Shown here: positions 44,567-52,776 of the stretch, one piece after another
How positions within the stretch are numbered: the stretch's first letter is position 1
Layout of the letters: each line of letters begins with the position of its first letter
NCBI GenBank assembly: GCA_964519305.1
Contig: CAZFHY010000019.1
Coordinates: 7,351 to 71,350 of the forward strand
DNA length: 64,000 bases
Source: Candidatus Undinarchaeota archaeon
Lineage (GTDB): Archaea; SpSt-1190; JASMDC01
Direction of reading: 5' to 3'
Notes under the pieces: generated by a model
What the model was told of the DNA's origin: nothing
The model's input: the letters and a program-made list of their open reading frames with translations, nothing else
Database searches by the model: none
Made by a program: the position numbers and the translations under genes

Positions 44567-44851
44567 GTGAAGCTTATGAATCGGACCGACATCAACTACA
44601 TAGTCGACGTTACCATGGCGGTGTTCTTCCTCCTGAGCTTCACCACCGGTCTCATCAAGTTCCCTGCCATCCTCGTTTACGTACTGCAGGTGTATGGTAC
44701 CCTCCCCATGTACAAGATAACCTGGGTGCACGACTACAGCGGGCTCGCTTTCGGCACCCTCGGTGTGATCCATCTGCTACTGCATTGGGATTGGCTCGTA
44801 GCGATGACGCGACGAAAGCTGGGTACAACGAAACGGGAGACTAAAGAGTAA
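44567..44851 (+). CDS. Small 2-TM membrane protein (DUF4405-like)
   Basis: 94 aa. Conserved His in the TM helices (IHLLLHW). Co-oriented 38 bp downstream of the Cys-rich protein. Confidence 0.4.
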   Translation: MKLMNRTDINYIVDVTMAVFFLLSFTTGLIKFPAILVYVLQVYGTLPMYKITWVHDYSGLAFGTLGVIHLLLHWDWLVAMTRRKLGTTKRETKE

Positions 44852-44921
44852 AGCGATCGATGGGCCTGAGAAGGACGCACCACGAGAAAGCTTTTAATAT
44901 CCGCTTAATCTCCCAGCCGCC

Positions 44922-45746
44922 ATGGCCCATTGTGCCGAGTGCGGCAAGGATGTCACCATGCCTTACCGGTGCAAGTTCTGCGGCCAGCATTTCTGCGATG
45001 ACCATCGACTACCCGAGAACCATGGCTGTACTGGTCTGGAGGAGTACAAACGCAAACGTCGTGAGGGTCGCACAGATCCCGTAAAGGCCCGAAAGAAAGG
45101 AGAGAAGCACGACTCGCATATCATCTACACACCCTCACAGGTGCGACATGAGGTCGTGATGGGGTCACTGGATGCCTTCCGTGTAACTAACCGGGCCCTT
45201 GTCCCAAAGATAGTCGGACTGTGCGTTGCCGTGTTCGCACTTCAGATCCTGCTCGGTGCATGGTTCACCCGAGCCTTCATGCTCTATCCCATATACGCGT
45301 TCTCGCAGCCCTGGACACTTTTCACACATATGCTCCTCCACGCGAGCATCGGTCACATATTCTTCAACATGTGGATCCTGTACATATTCGGGACTCGTCT
45401 TGAACAGGATATCGGAAGCGAGACATTCATCACGATCTTCCTTCTTGCAGGTCTCTCTGGAGGACTGGCCTATGTCGTATTGAATCCCGGCTCAGCAGTC
45501 CCTGCCCTGGGCGCGAGCGGTGCGATCTATGGTGTGTTCGGTTGTCTTGCGATCCTGCGACCGAACCTTACAGTGCTCATCCAGTTCCTCATACCCATGC
45601 GGCTCATCCATGCTGCCATTCTCTACGCGGCCATCGACCTGATGCAGTTCGGGTCCGCTGACAACGTGGGCCATGCAGCTCATCTGGCGGGCATCCTGGT
45701 GGGCTTCGCGGCGGGCAAGTACCTGCGCGACCACGGTGTGCACTGA
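44922..45746 (+). CDS. Rhomboid-family intramembrane serine protease with an N-terminal AN1-type zinc finger
   Basis: AN1-like C/H pattern (CAECGK...CKFCGQHFCDDHRLPENHGC). Rhomboid catalytic Ser in GASGAIYG and His in AAHLAGILVG. Six TM helices. Confidence 0.8.
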   Translation: MAHCAECGKDVTMPYRCKFCGQHFCDDHRLPENHGCTGLEEYKRKRREGRTDPVKARKKGEKHDSHIIYTPSQVRHEVVMGSLDAFRVTNRALVPKIVGLCVAVFALQILLGAWFTRAFMLYPIYAFSQPWTLFTHMLLHASIGHIFFNMWILYIFGTRLEQDIGSETFITIFLLAGLSGGLAYVVLNPGSAVPALGASGAIYGVFGCLAILRPNLTVLIQFLIPMRLIHAAILYAAIDLMQFGSADNVGHAAHLAGILVGFAAGKYLRDHGVH

Positions 45747-45833
45747 CCTTTCGGCCTTTTACAAAGTTGGGTATCGACCCTAAGAAAATCCTTTCTTATT
45801 TAAACCGGGAAAACAAAGAGAGTAGTGGGCATA

Positions 45834-46904
45834 ATGGCCAAGGACATTGTGGGGGAGGACACGTCATCTGATGTGCCGAAGGACGATTCCGTCCAGAAGG
45901 ATGAGGTCCCCACCAAGAAGCCGGACAGGGAGGAACCCTCATCCAAAAAGGACGCGCCAGCCCCCAAGGACGAGGGCCGCGGACCTGAGGACGAAGGCCA
46001 CGGTCCCGAAGGAGAACTTCCCGTCCCACCTCCGAAGACCTGGGGCCAGTGGTTCCACGCCGAGCTCCTAGACCTGGAAAAGACAGTTGCTGCGCTCCTG
46101 GTGACCGCTCTCGTGGTCGTTGCGTTCAATGGTCTAACTGGTATGTCGAAATCATCTTCCGAAGTTATGATGACGGACCGTGCGAGGTCCGACTATGTCG
46201 CCGAACCGCCCCCGCCTCCTGCGCCGACGGCTGACCCTAACACTAAGGGTCTAAAGGGACCCGCTCCGACGATGGAAGTGCAAGGGGGTGGGGGGGAGAC
46301 AGCTGATACCGGTTCCGAGATGGCAGAACCCGATCCATCTCTCGACATGGGCCTTGAGGGACGCGAAACAGATCCGGCGCCGGTCAAAGTCGAGGGCGCC
46401 GACGATTATGAAGGTGCGGTAGGTGCTTCTGGTGGCGGGAGTAACACCGAGGGTTCTGCCACAGGACCCGCATTAGACCGAGCTGACGCAGCTCCTCCAT
46501 CTCTTCAGGAGCCGGATGAGGATCAGGAGGGACCGGACTCCATACCACAATCCCAGGACAAGCCCGCCGCAGCAGCACCGGACAAAGGAGAAAAGAGCAG
46601 CGTTTCGAACACCCTCCGTAACATGCTCGACCTAAAGGACATAGCAGAGATATTCATAATCGTGCGTGCATTCTTCCTCCTGAACGTCCGACGTCTCTTG
46701 GGGGCACAGCCCGCCTCGCCCTATCCCGCGTCCAATGTCGGAGCTCAGGGGTATCCCCAACAAGGATACGGCTACCAGCAGTACGGTGCACAGGGGGGCT
46801 ACCAGGGTCAAGCGGGCATGTACAAGGGACAAGGCTACGGACAGCAACAGGTGTACCAGGGGCAGCAGTACCCCGCCCAGCAGCGCCCCTATCGCCAGTA
46901 CTGA
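45834..46904 (+). CDS. Intrinsically disordered membrane protein with a Q/Y/G-rich prion-like C-terminus
   Basis: Acidic Pro/Lys-rich N-terminus, one TM helix (AALLVTALVVVAFNGL), a long disordered acidic middle and a second hydrophobic segment. The C-terminus is YPQQGYGYQQYGAQGGYQGQAGMYKGQGYGQQQVYQGQQYP. Confidence 0.5.
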   Translation: MAKDIVGEDTSSDVPKDDSVQKDEVPTKKPDREEPSSKKDAPAPKDEGRGPEDEGHGPEGELPVPPPKTWGQWFHAELLDLEKTVAALLVTALVVVAFNGLTGMSKSSSEVMMTDRARSDYVAEPPPPPAPTADPNTKGLKGPAPTMEVQGGGGETADTGSEMAEPDPSLDMGLEGRETDPAPVKVEGADDYEGAVGASGGGSNTEGSATGPALDRADAAPPSLQEPDEDQEGPDSIPQSQDKPAAAAPDKGEKSSVSNTLRNMLDLKDIAEIFIIVRAFFLLNVRRLLGAQPASPYPASNVGAQGYPQQGYGYQQYGAQGGYQGQAGMYKGQGYGQQQVYQGQQYPAQQRPYRQY

Positions 46905-46950
46905 TCCTTGAGGGATAGGTACTTAAACGGCGGCCGGTATCCTCTTTCCG

Positions 46951-47376
46951 ATGGAGGTCGCCCTCTCGGCCATGGATGTCGCCCGGGCGTTCCACGTGCT
47001 ATTCCTGGCAGGAGTCGCCGTGGGGCTCGTGGCCGTGCTCGTTGCAGAGCTTATCCCGTCCGTGTACGATCCCGTCGTATCCCCTGCCTTATTCGTCCTG
47101 GGTGTAATAGTCCTCTCGTTCCCTCCCCTGCTGATCTACTTCCTCATGCGGGGGCTCGCACGGAACCTATTGGTCGTGAACACCTACGTTCTAATATCGT
47201 TCTTCTTCTCACGGCTACGTCTATCCATCGCGTTCATGGTAGGGACGACCGTAGCGACCATCGTGCTCTGTGTCCTCTACCCCCAGCAGGGATTACCCTA
47301 TGCGCTCTTCGGTGCGGGAGTGGGGATCATTGGTACACTGACGCTCCTCTGGAACGAGATGGTCTCTCCGGAATGA
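46951..47376 (+). CDS. Hypothetical polytopic membrane protein
   Basis: 141 aa with 4 predicted TM helices. Confidence 0.4.
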   Translation: MEVALSAMDVARAFHVLFLAGVAVGLVAVLVAELIPSVYDPVVSPALFVLGVIVLSFPPLLIYFLMRGLARNLLVVNTYVLISFFFSRLRLSIAFMVGTTVATIVLCVLYPQQGLPYALFGAGVGIIGTLTLLWNEMVSPE

Positions 47377-47384
47377 GCCTGTGG

Positions 47385-48281
47385 TCACTCATCCCGGTCG
47401 AGGACGTAGTGTGTGAACACGCGCTCGAGAGACGGGTAGAGCAGACGGGTCTCCACGATCTGGGCCTTCGCCTTCTTCACGGCCTTGCGTACGTCCTCCT
47501 CCTCTCCACGGGGTACACGTACGGCGAAGTCTCGGGGACCGACCCGACGAGCGTCCTTCAGGCTAGGGACCTCGCCGCGATAGGTCACCTCCACTCGCTG
47601 GTCCTTCTCGATGCGACGCTTGAGCTCGCCCGGAGCCCCTGTCACGAGCACGCGACCGCGGTCGATGATGGCCACCCGGTCGCACAGCTTGTCCGCTTCC
47701 GTGAGGTCGTGTGTGCACAGGAGGATGGTCTTCCCTTCTGACTGCAGGTCCACGACCAGCTCATGCATGGTGGCGCGGGTGAGGGGATCGAGACCGGATG
47801 TGGGCTCGTCCAGGAAAAGGATATGGGGATCATTTATCACGGCTCGCGCGAGGGCGACACGTCGGGCCATGCCCTTGGACAGGGTCGAGATCCGACTGTC
47901 CATGAGCTCTTCCAGCCTGAAGCGCTCGGAGAGCACCTCCAGACGAGCTTCGACATCGATGGGATAGAAACCGCCCATGAACCGCAGGAACTCGCCGGCG
48001 GTCATGGCGCCGTACATAGCTGTCACCTCGGGAAGATAACCGATGCGCTCCTTTACCCGGATAGGTTCATCCGTCACGTCGATGCCGTCAACGAACGCAC
48101 CCCCGGATGTGGGCATGATGAGGCCGGTGAGCACCTTGATGAGGGTCGTCTTGCCAGCACCATTCGGTCCCAGGAGCCCCACGACCTCTCCCTTCTCCAC
48201 CGACAGGGATACGCCTCGGAGCGCAGTTGTCGCTCCGTACGTCCTCACAAGCTCCGTGGTCTCGATCGCAGGTGCCGCCAT
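47385..48281 (-). CDS. ABC transporter ATP-binding protein (ABC-2 type)
   Basis: Walker A GPNGAGKTT, signature LSKGMARRVALARAV, Walker B ILFLDEPTSGLD, H-loop LLCTHD. Start at MAAPAIETTE; the ORF-track N-terminal extension was rejected. Confidence 0.9.
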   Translation of the reverse strand: MAAPAIETTELVRTYGATTALRGVSLSVEKGEVVGLLGPNGAGKTTLIKVLTGLIMPTSGGAFVDGIDVTDEPIRVKERIGYLPEVTAMYGAMTAGEFLRFMGGFYPIDVEARLEVLSERFRLEELMDSRISTLSKGMARRVALARAVINDPHILFLDEPTSGLDPLTRATMHELVVDLQSEGKTILLCTHDLTEADKLCDRVAIIDRGRVLVTGAPGELKRRIEKDQRVEVTYRGEVPSLKDARRVGPRDFAVRVPRGEEEDVRKAVKKAKAQIVETRLLYPSLERVFTHYVLDRDE

Positions 48282-48359
48282 CCTGAGCCGCTCCTTAGTT
48301 GAACATTTATATCGCTTTTGCCCCGAAAGCCCTGTGTGAGAGCTCGACATGTGGCACGC

Positions 48360-50147
48360 ATGGAGTTCTCCCTCCTTCGGGGAGAGGGTCCGCTCTTCAT
48401 CAGCGTGATCGTGCTCCCGCTGGCCGCTTTTATGTTGTACTCCGCGTTCCAGACGGTGCTCCTCTCGGAGGAACATCTCCAGGTCTCGGCAGCCTTCAAG
48501 GGATTCATCCCCGTGGCGGTGTACTCGAACAACGATAATATCGTAATTCAAGCGCTCACGAACTTCACACGGTTCGAACTGGTCCACGCTCGCGATCCGG
48601 AGCATGCACTTGCCATGGTAACACGTCGTCAGGTATGCATGGCCGTTGTGTTAAAGGATTTCTACGTGGCCGTCAACCACACAGGGACCGTCCTGATATT
48701 TCCCGACATGACCAATCCCAAGACAAAGCTGGCATTACGTGACCTCATTGATATAGTGAGGACCATCGCTCGTCCGGTGGTCAGGGAGAACCTGAGGTTC
48801 GCAGTAGAAGTGGAGGCACCCATCGCCATCGAGACAGTCTACCCTGATGATTATGCGGATGCCCGGAACCGCCCGCTCACTGCCGGGGACACAACTGAGG
48901 AGCAAGGACCGACCGATACAGGGACGGGAGCAGAGGCGGCCGAGAGCGATGGCAGGCTCGCTGAGGAGTCCATCCCTCTCAATGTAATCTTTGTGATCTC
49001 CGCGTTCCTTGTCGGTGCTTTCCTAATCAGCGGTATGTGCGCTATGTCCTTGGCCAACGAACGTGTGCGACGCCAGGGGGAGTTCCTTTTCTCAGCCCCT
49101 CTAGAAGCAAGTGATGTGCTTTTGGGAAAGGTAGCTCCCTATGCCGGGCTCATTATCTACATGATGGTCGCTGTATCCGGCTACCTGGCATGGTCCGGTC
49201 TGATATCCAATCCCGTTCTCTCATTTGCGTTTCTGGGTGTGGTCGGTGCGTTACCGCTGGCCATCGCCTGTCTCATCGGGACCGTGGCCGCTTCGTTCCA
49301 CCAGCTGACATTCCTCCTGACATTCTCGTACTTCCTTCTGTTCCTGGTGTTCGTGCTCCCAGCATTGCTGGTTAAGCTCACACTGGCATCCTTCATTTCC
49401 CCTGTGACCGTGCTAATCCTTCTTGCCCTAAAGGCCCCCTTGATCCCGATGCGGGTGGCGATCTCTTTAGCGCCTTCCCTCGTCACCATTTTTGTCACCA
49501 TGGCGGCCACCAAGGTGCTCTTCACGGCCGAGCACCTTCTGTATGAAGCGCCATCCCTCTTGACCGTCGTCCTCTCCCTGGCCGACGCCGCCCTTGCCCG
49601 TTTCAGGGGATGGGTCGGAGAGGTGATAGTGTTCCCCTTCATTGTCGCGGTGGCCGTGTTCCCTCTGGTTTTCATCATCGAGCTAGTTACCCTTTTCATC
49701 CTCTTCTCGCTCTTTTCATCCCTTACGATGTTCACTCTCTTCCTTACCGTACCCATATGGGCACTTGCCGAAGAGGTGGCCAAGTCAGCAGGCGTGTTCA
49801 TTCTGGCCTACAGGAGGTCCGAGATACGTTCACCCCTTGCCTTCGCAGCGATGGGTGCTGCCGCAGGACTGGGCTTCTTCGCGGCGGAGAAGACACTGAA
49901 CCTCCTCCTATTGGCCAATGCCGTCACCCTGGACCGCTACTTGTTGGGGATTGTGCTAGTCGCAACGACCATATCCGCGGCCATACAGGCCGGCTGTTCG
50001 GCCATCTACGGGCTCGGGATCTACTTCCTCGTACGAAGACGTAACGCGATTGCGTTCGCAGCGTTCTTCTTCCTTGCAGTCGCAATCCATCTAGTTGCTG
50101 ACGTGATCATAATCTCACGCTCGCTGGGGGTGATGGGATGGGGCTGA
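48360..50147 (+). CDS. ABC-2 family permease fused to an extra C-terminal polytopic domain (PrsW-like EExxK / HxxxD motifs)
   Basis: N-terminal TM helix, a ~200-aa extracytoplasmic domain and a 6-TM ABC-2 core. About 165 additional residues with 4-5 TM helices contain AEEVAK and AIHLVAD. Confidence 0.6.
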   Translation: MEFSLLRGEGPLFISVIVLPLAAFMLYSAFQTVLLSEEHLQVSAAFKGFIPVAVYSNNDNIVIQALTNFTRFELVHARDPEHALAMVTRRQVCMAVVLKDFYVAVNHTGTVLIFPDMTNPKTKLALRDLIDIVRTIARPVVRENLRFAVEVEAPIAIETVYPDDYADARNRPLTAGDTTEEQGPTDTGTGAEAAESDGRLAEESIPLNVIFVISAFLVGAFLISGMCAMSLANERVRRQGEFLFSAPLEASDVLLGKVAPYAGLIIYMMVAVSGYLAWSGLISNPVLSFAFLGVVGALPLAIACLIGTVAASFHQLTFLLTFSYFLLFLVFVLPALLVKLTLASFISPVTVLILLALKAPLIPMRVAISLAPSLVTIFVTMAATKVLFTAEHLLYEAPSLLTVVLSLADAALARFRGWVGEVIVFPFIVAVAVFPLVFIIELVTLFILFSLFSSLTMFTLFLTVPIWALAEEVAKSAGVFILAYRRSEIRSPLAFAAMGAAAGLGFFAAEKTLNLLLLANAVTLDRYLLGIVLVATTISAAIQAGCSAIYGLGIYFLVRRRNAIAFAAFFFLAVAIHLVADVIIISRSLGVMGWG

Positions 50148-51310
50148 CGTTGCGTCATACCGGCCGCATGGTCAGACGTGAGCTATACGCCCTCCTCGGG
50201 GAGCGCACATACGTGCTAATGGTGCTGGTCCAGCTGCTAATGGTGTGCTCGGCACTGTTCTTTGCTGTCGGGTACTCGGTCATATTCTCTTCGTTAACAG
50301 GCCAGTCACATGTCTTTCCCGACCGAACCCTGGCCATCGGCTTCTATACTACCGATTTCTATAACGAGATCCTCGATGTGCTCAGCGCACGGAAGGAGTT
50401 GAGGGTCATAAAGATGCCGAGCGAAGCGGTCACCCTTGAGGCCGTGCGGGACGGTACCCTCGTGGGCGCCGTCATCGTACGCGACGAGTTCCGCTATGCA
50501 TACCAGAGCGGCGACCGGATGCGTATATTCTGGGTGACGGAGCCAGGGAACCTACTTGGTGCCTATGCCTCACGCTCTGTGGCAGATGTACTGACCGAGT
50601 ACGGACGGACGATTGGTAGGGACAGAGCGCGGAAGCAAGGGCTCGTGTACGATCCCATCCTGGTCGCAGAAATGGAGGACAGTATTCACGTGAAGCCAGA
50701 TGCCATCTACCCGAATCCTGCGCTCGTCTCCGGCGGGGTTATGCAGGGGGCGTTCGAGATAACCTATACTCTGGTAATCCCTCTCCTCCTTCTCTTCTCC
50801 CTGATGATCGCCACATCGGTCGTCATGGACTCCATCACCGAGGAGCTTGAGGGCGGTACACTAGCCAACGTTCTAGTGAGCCCGGTGTCAACCCACGCCA
50901 TCGTGCTGGCAAAGACGATGCCCATCATCATCCTCACACTCTTCCAGATATTGGTCTGGACCGCGATCCTCCGTCTCCAGGGCATCATGGTGGAGAACGT
51001 GTCAGTAGTCTTCCTTTACCTTGTCCTTGTGCTGCTCGTGTTCACGGGGATGGGCGTCGTGGCCGCGGCCGTTACCAAGCGACGTCGCTCATCCCACGCG
51101 CTCTATTCGCTCTTCCTCTTGGTGTTCGTGTACTTCACCTTCGTTGGAGGGAGCTATGCCGAGTACTCTCCGGCCAACGTCATCACCGCGATAATATCAA
51201 ATCCCGTGGTGCTCCCAGCGGTATGGGGGCGTATCACACTCATGGCCGCGCTCGCAGTGGTCGTGTACGGGGGGAGCTTTACTGTGTTCCGGCGGTCGGT
51301 GATAGACTAG
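50138..51310 (+). CDS. ABC-2 family permease
   Basis: N-terminal TM helix, a large extracytoplasmic domain and a 6-TM core. Overlaps the upstream permease stop. Confidence 0.7.
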   Translation: MGLTLRHTGRMVRRELYALLGERTYVLMVLVQLLMVCSALFFAVGYSVIFSSLTGQSHVFPDRTLAIGFYTTDFYNEILDVLSARKELRVIKMPSEAVTLEAVRDGTLVGAVIVRDEFRYAYQSGDRMRIFWVTEPGNLLGAYASRSVADVLTEYGRTIGRDRARKQGLVYDPILVAEMEDSIHVKPDAIYPNPALVSGGVMQGAFEITYTLVIPLLLLFSLMIATSVVMDSITEELEGGTLANVLVSPVSTHAIVLAKTMPIIILTLFQILVWTAILRLQGIMVENVSVVFLYLVLVLLVFTGMGVVAAAVTKRRRSSHALYSLFLLVFVYFTFVGGSYAEYSPANVITAIISNPVVLPAVWGRITLMAALAVVVYGGSFTVFRRSVID

Positions 51311-51312
51311 AC

Positions 51313-51555
51313 CTAGTTCTTGCGCTGCATGTCCGGGTCCCCGGCCTCTTCGGCCGCGGCCACGACCCGGTCCTGGTAGGCCTTGACAAGCAGGAGGGCC
51401 ATCCCCAGCATCATGGCCCCGTAGCCCAGCCCGATGCCCAGTGGCACCTCCTTGTCCTCGTCCTTATCCTCGAACATCATGAACATCGGACCCACGGTGA
51501 GCACCACAAGCCCGATGAGGAACAGCCCGATACCTAGAGTTTTCAGTATGTCCAT
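51313..51555 (-). CDS. Small 2-TM membrane protein (tandem paralog)
   Basis: MDILKTLGIGLFLIGLVVL...LLLVKAYQDRVVAAAEEAGDPDMQRKN. Start at the internal Met. Confidence 0.5.
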   Translation of the reverse strand: MDILKTLGIGLFLIGLVVLTVGPMFMMFEDKDEDKEVPLGIGLGYGAMMLGMALLLVKAYQDRVVAAAEEAGDPDMQRKN

Positions 51556-51577
51556 GAGATCAGTCTCCAGTCCTCTG

Positions 51578-51808
51578 TTAATTCTTACGCTGCATATCCT
51601 CGTCGCCGGCTTCCTCGGCGTCGGCCACAAGTCGGTCCTGGTAAGCTTTGACGAGCAGGAGAGCCATCCCGCTCACGATGGCGAGATTGCCGAGGCTGAT
51701 GCCCACATGCTTATCAGAATCCTGGAAATTCAGGTACGTCGGGAGGATGATGAGCACCACTAACCCTATGAGGAACAGCCCGGTCCCTAGCGCCTGCAGT
51801 GTGTCCAT
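51578..51808 (-). CDS. Small 2-TM membrane protein (tandem paralog)
   Basis: MDTLQALGTGLFLIGLVVL...LLLVKAYQDRLVADAEEAGDEDMQRKN. About 65% identical to its neighbour. Confidence 0.5.
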   Translation of the reverse strand: MDTLQALGTGLFLIGLVVLIILPTYLNFQDSDKHVGISLGNLAIVSGMALLLVKAYQDRLVADAEEAGDEDMQRKN

Positions 51809-51829
51809 GATGGCTCCCTCCGTTCAGGT

Positions 51830-52159
51830 CTATCTGACCGTCACTGCGGTGCCGTATGCCAGCATCTCGGCGGCGCCTGCGGCGACCATGCTGGTAGTGA
51901 AGCGCACGTTCACCACAGCGTTGGCGCCCAGTCGATCTGCGTCCTCGAGCATGCGCTTGAGGGCTTGTTCCCGCGTTTCGGCCAGCATCTCCGTGTACTC
52001 GGTCATCTCCCCGCCCACGAGATTGCGCAGGCCGGCCATGATGTCCTTACCGATCCACTTGGCCCTAATGGTCGATCCACGCACGAGGCCAAGTACCTCG
52101 GTGATCTCCTTTCCGGGTATAGTCTCAGTATTTACGACTTGTATCTTCATCGTTATCAT
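51830..52159 (-). CDS. YbjQ/UPF0145-family protein
   Basis: ~105 aa. YbjQ-like pattern (GLVRGSTIRA...GANAVVNVRF). Confidence 0.7.
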   Translation of the reverse strand: MITMKIQVVNTETIPGKEITEVLGLVRGSTIRAKWIGKDIMAGLRNLVGGEMTEYTEMLAETREQALKRMLEDADRLGANAVVNVRFTTSMVAAGAAEMLAYGTAVTVR

Positions 52160-52664
52160 CCTCCTCCTCAGCGTTCTTACGGTCCCTCATCGCCGCAGTG
52201 AGCATTACTATCAGGCCCAAGACCAGCGCCGTGAGCCCGAGGCCGATGGCCGCCGGAGTGTCATCCGCGAACAGAGCGACCGTGAGGAACATGTAAAGCG
52301 GATAGGCAAGAAGCATGAGCATCCCTCCACCGAACAGCACCAGCCCTGCTCGTTGGATGGGATCGTCCGGGGGTGAAATACGCCCTCCAGATGTCGCGCT
52401 CGTGACTGTGAGCCGCTTCCCCGTGTCCAAGTAGGCGAGCACGTTGGTGGCCCTCACACCCTCGTCAGTCAGATCATATCGTTTCTGATCGTCCTGATCA
52501 AGGAGTTTCCGCATCTTTCCCAGGTGGAACGAGAGCTTCGAGGTCTCGATGTCAGCATGGCGCACCAGTGTGGAGAACGACACAGGACCATGCTCCGCAA
52601 TGAACCGTAGTAGCTTACATCGAAGTGGATTGTCCAGCGCCGCGAGCACCTCGTCGGTTCCCAT
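52125..52664 (-). CDS. ArsR-like winged-helix regulator fused to a C-terminal 2-TM membrane domain
   Basis: N-terminal wHTH (LDNPLRCKLLRFIAEHGPVSFSTLVRHADIETSKLSFHLGKMRKL), then two TM helices and an acidic tail. Overlaps the downstream gene, so the start is uncertain. Confidence 0.55.
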   Translation of the reverse strand: MGTDEVLAALDNPLRCKLLRFIAEHGPVSFSTLVRHADIETSKLSFHLGKMRKLLDQDDQKRYDLTDEGVRATNVLAYLDTGKRLTVTSATSGGRISPPDDPIQRAGLVLFGGGMLMLLAYPLYMFLTVALFADDTPAAIGLGLTALVLGLIVMLTAAMRDRKNAEEEDDNDEDTSRKY

Positions 52665-52776
52665 GCAATTATCCTAAGGTCGTCCCGGTTTAAATCAACA
52701 TATGCATGGGAAACTCGACCCTACCCGGTCAATTATAGTTGACGAAGGGCTTTCAGTACAACGTTATCCAAGTCAA

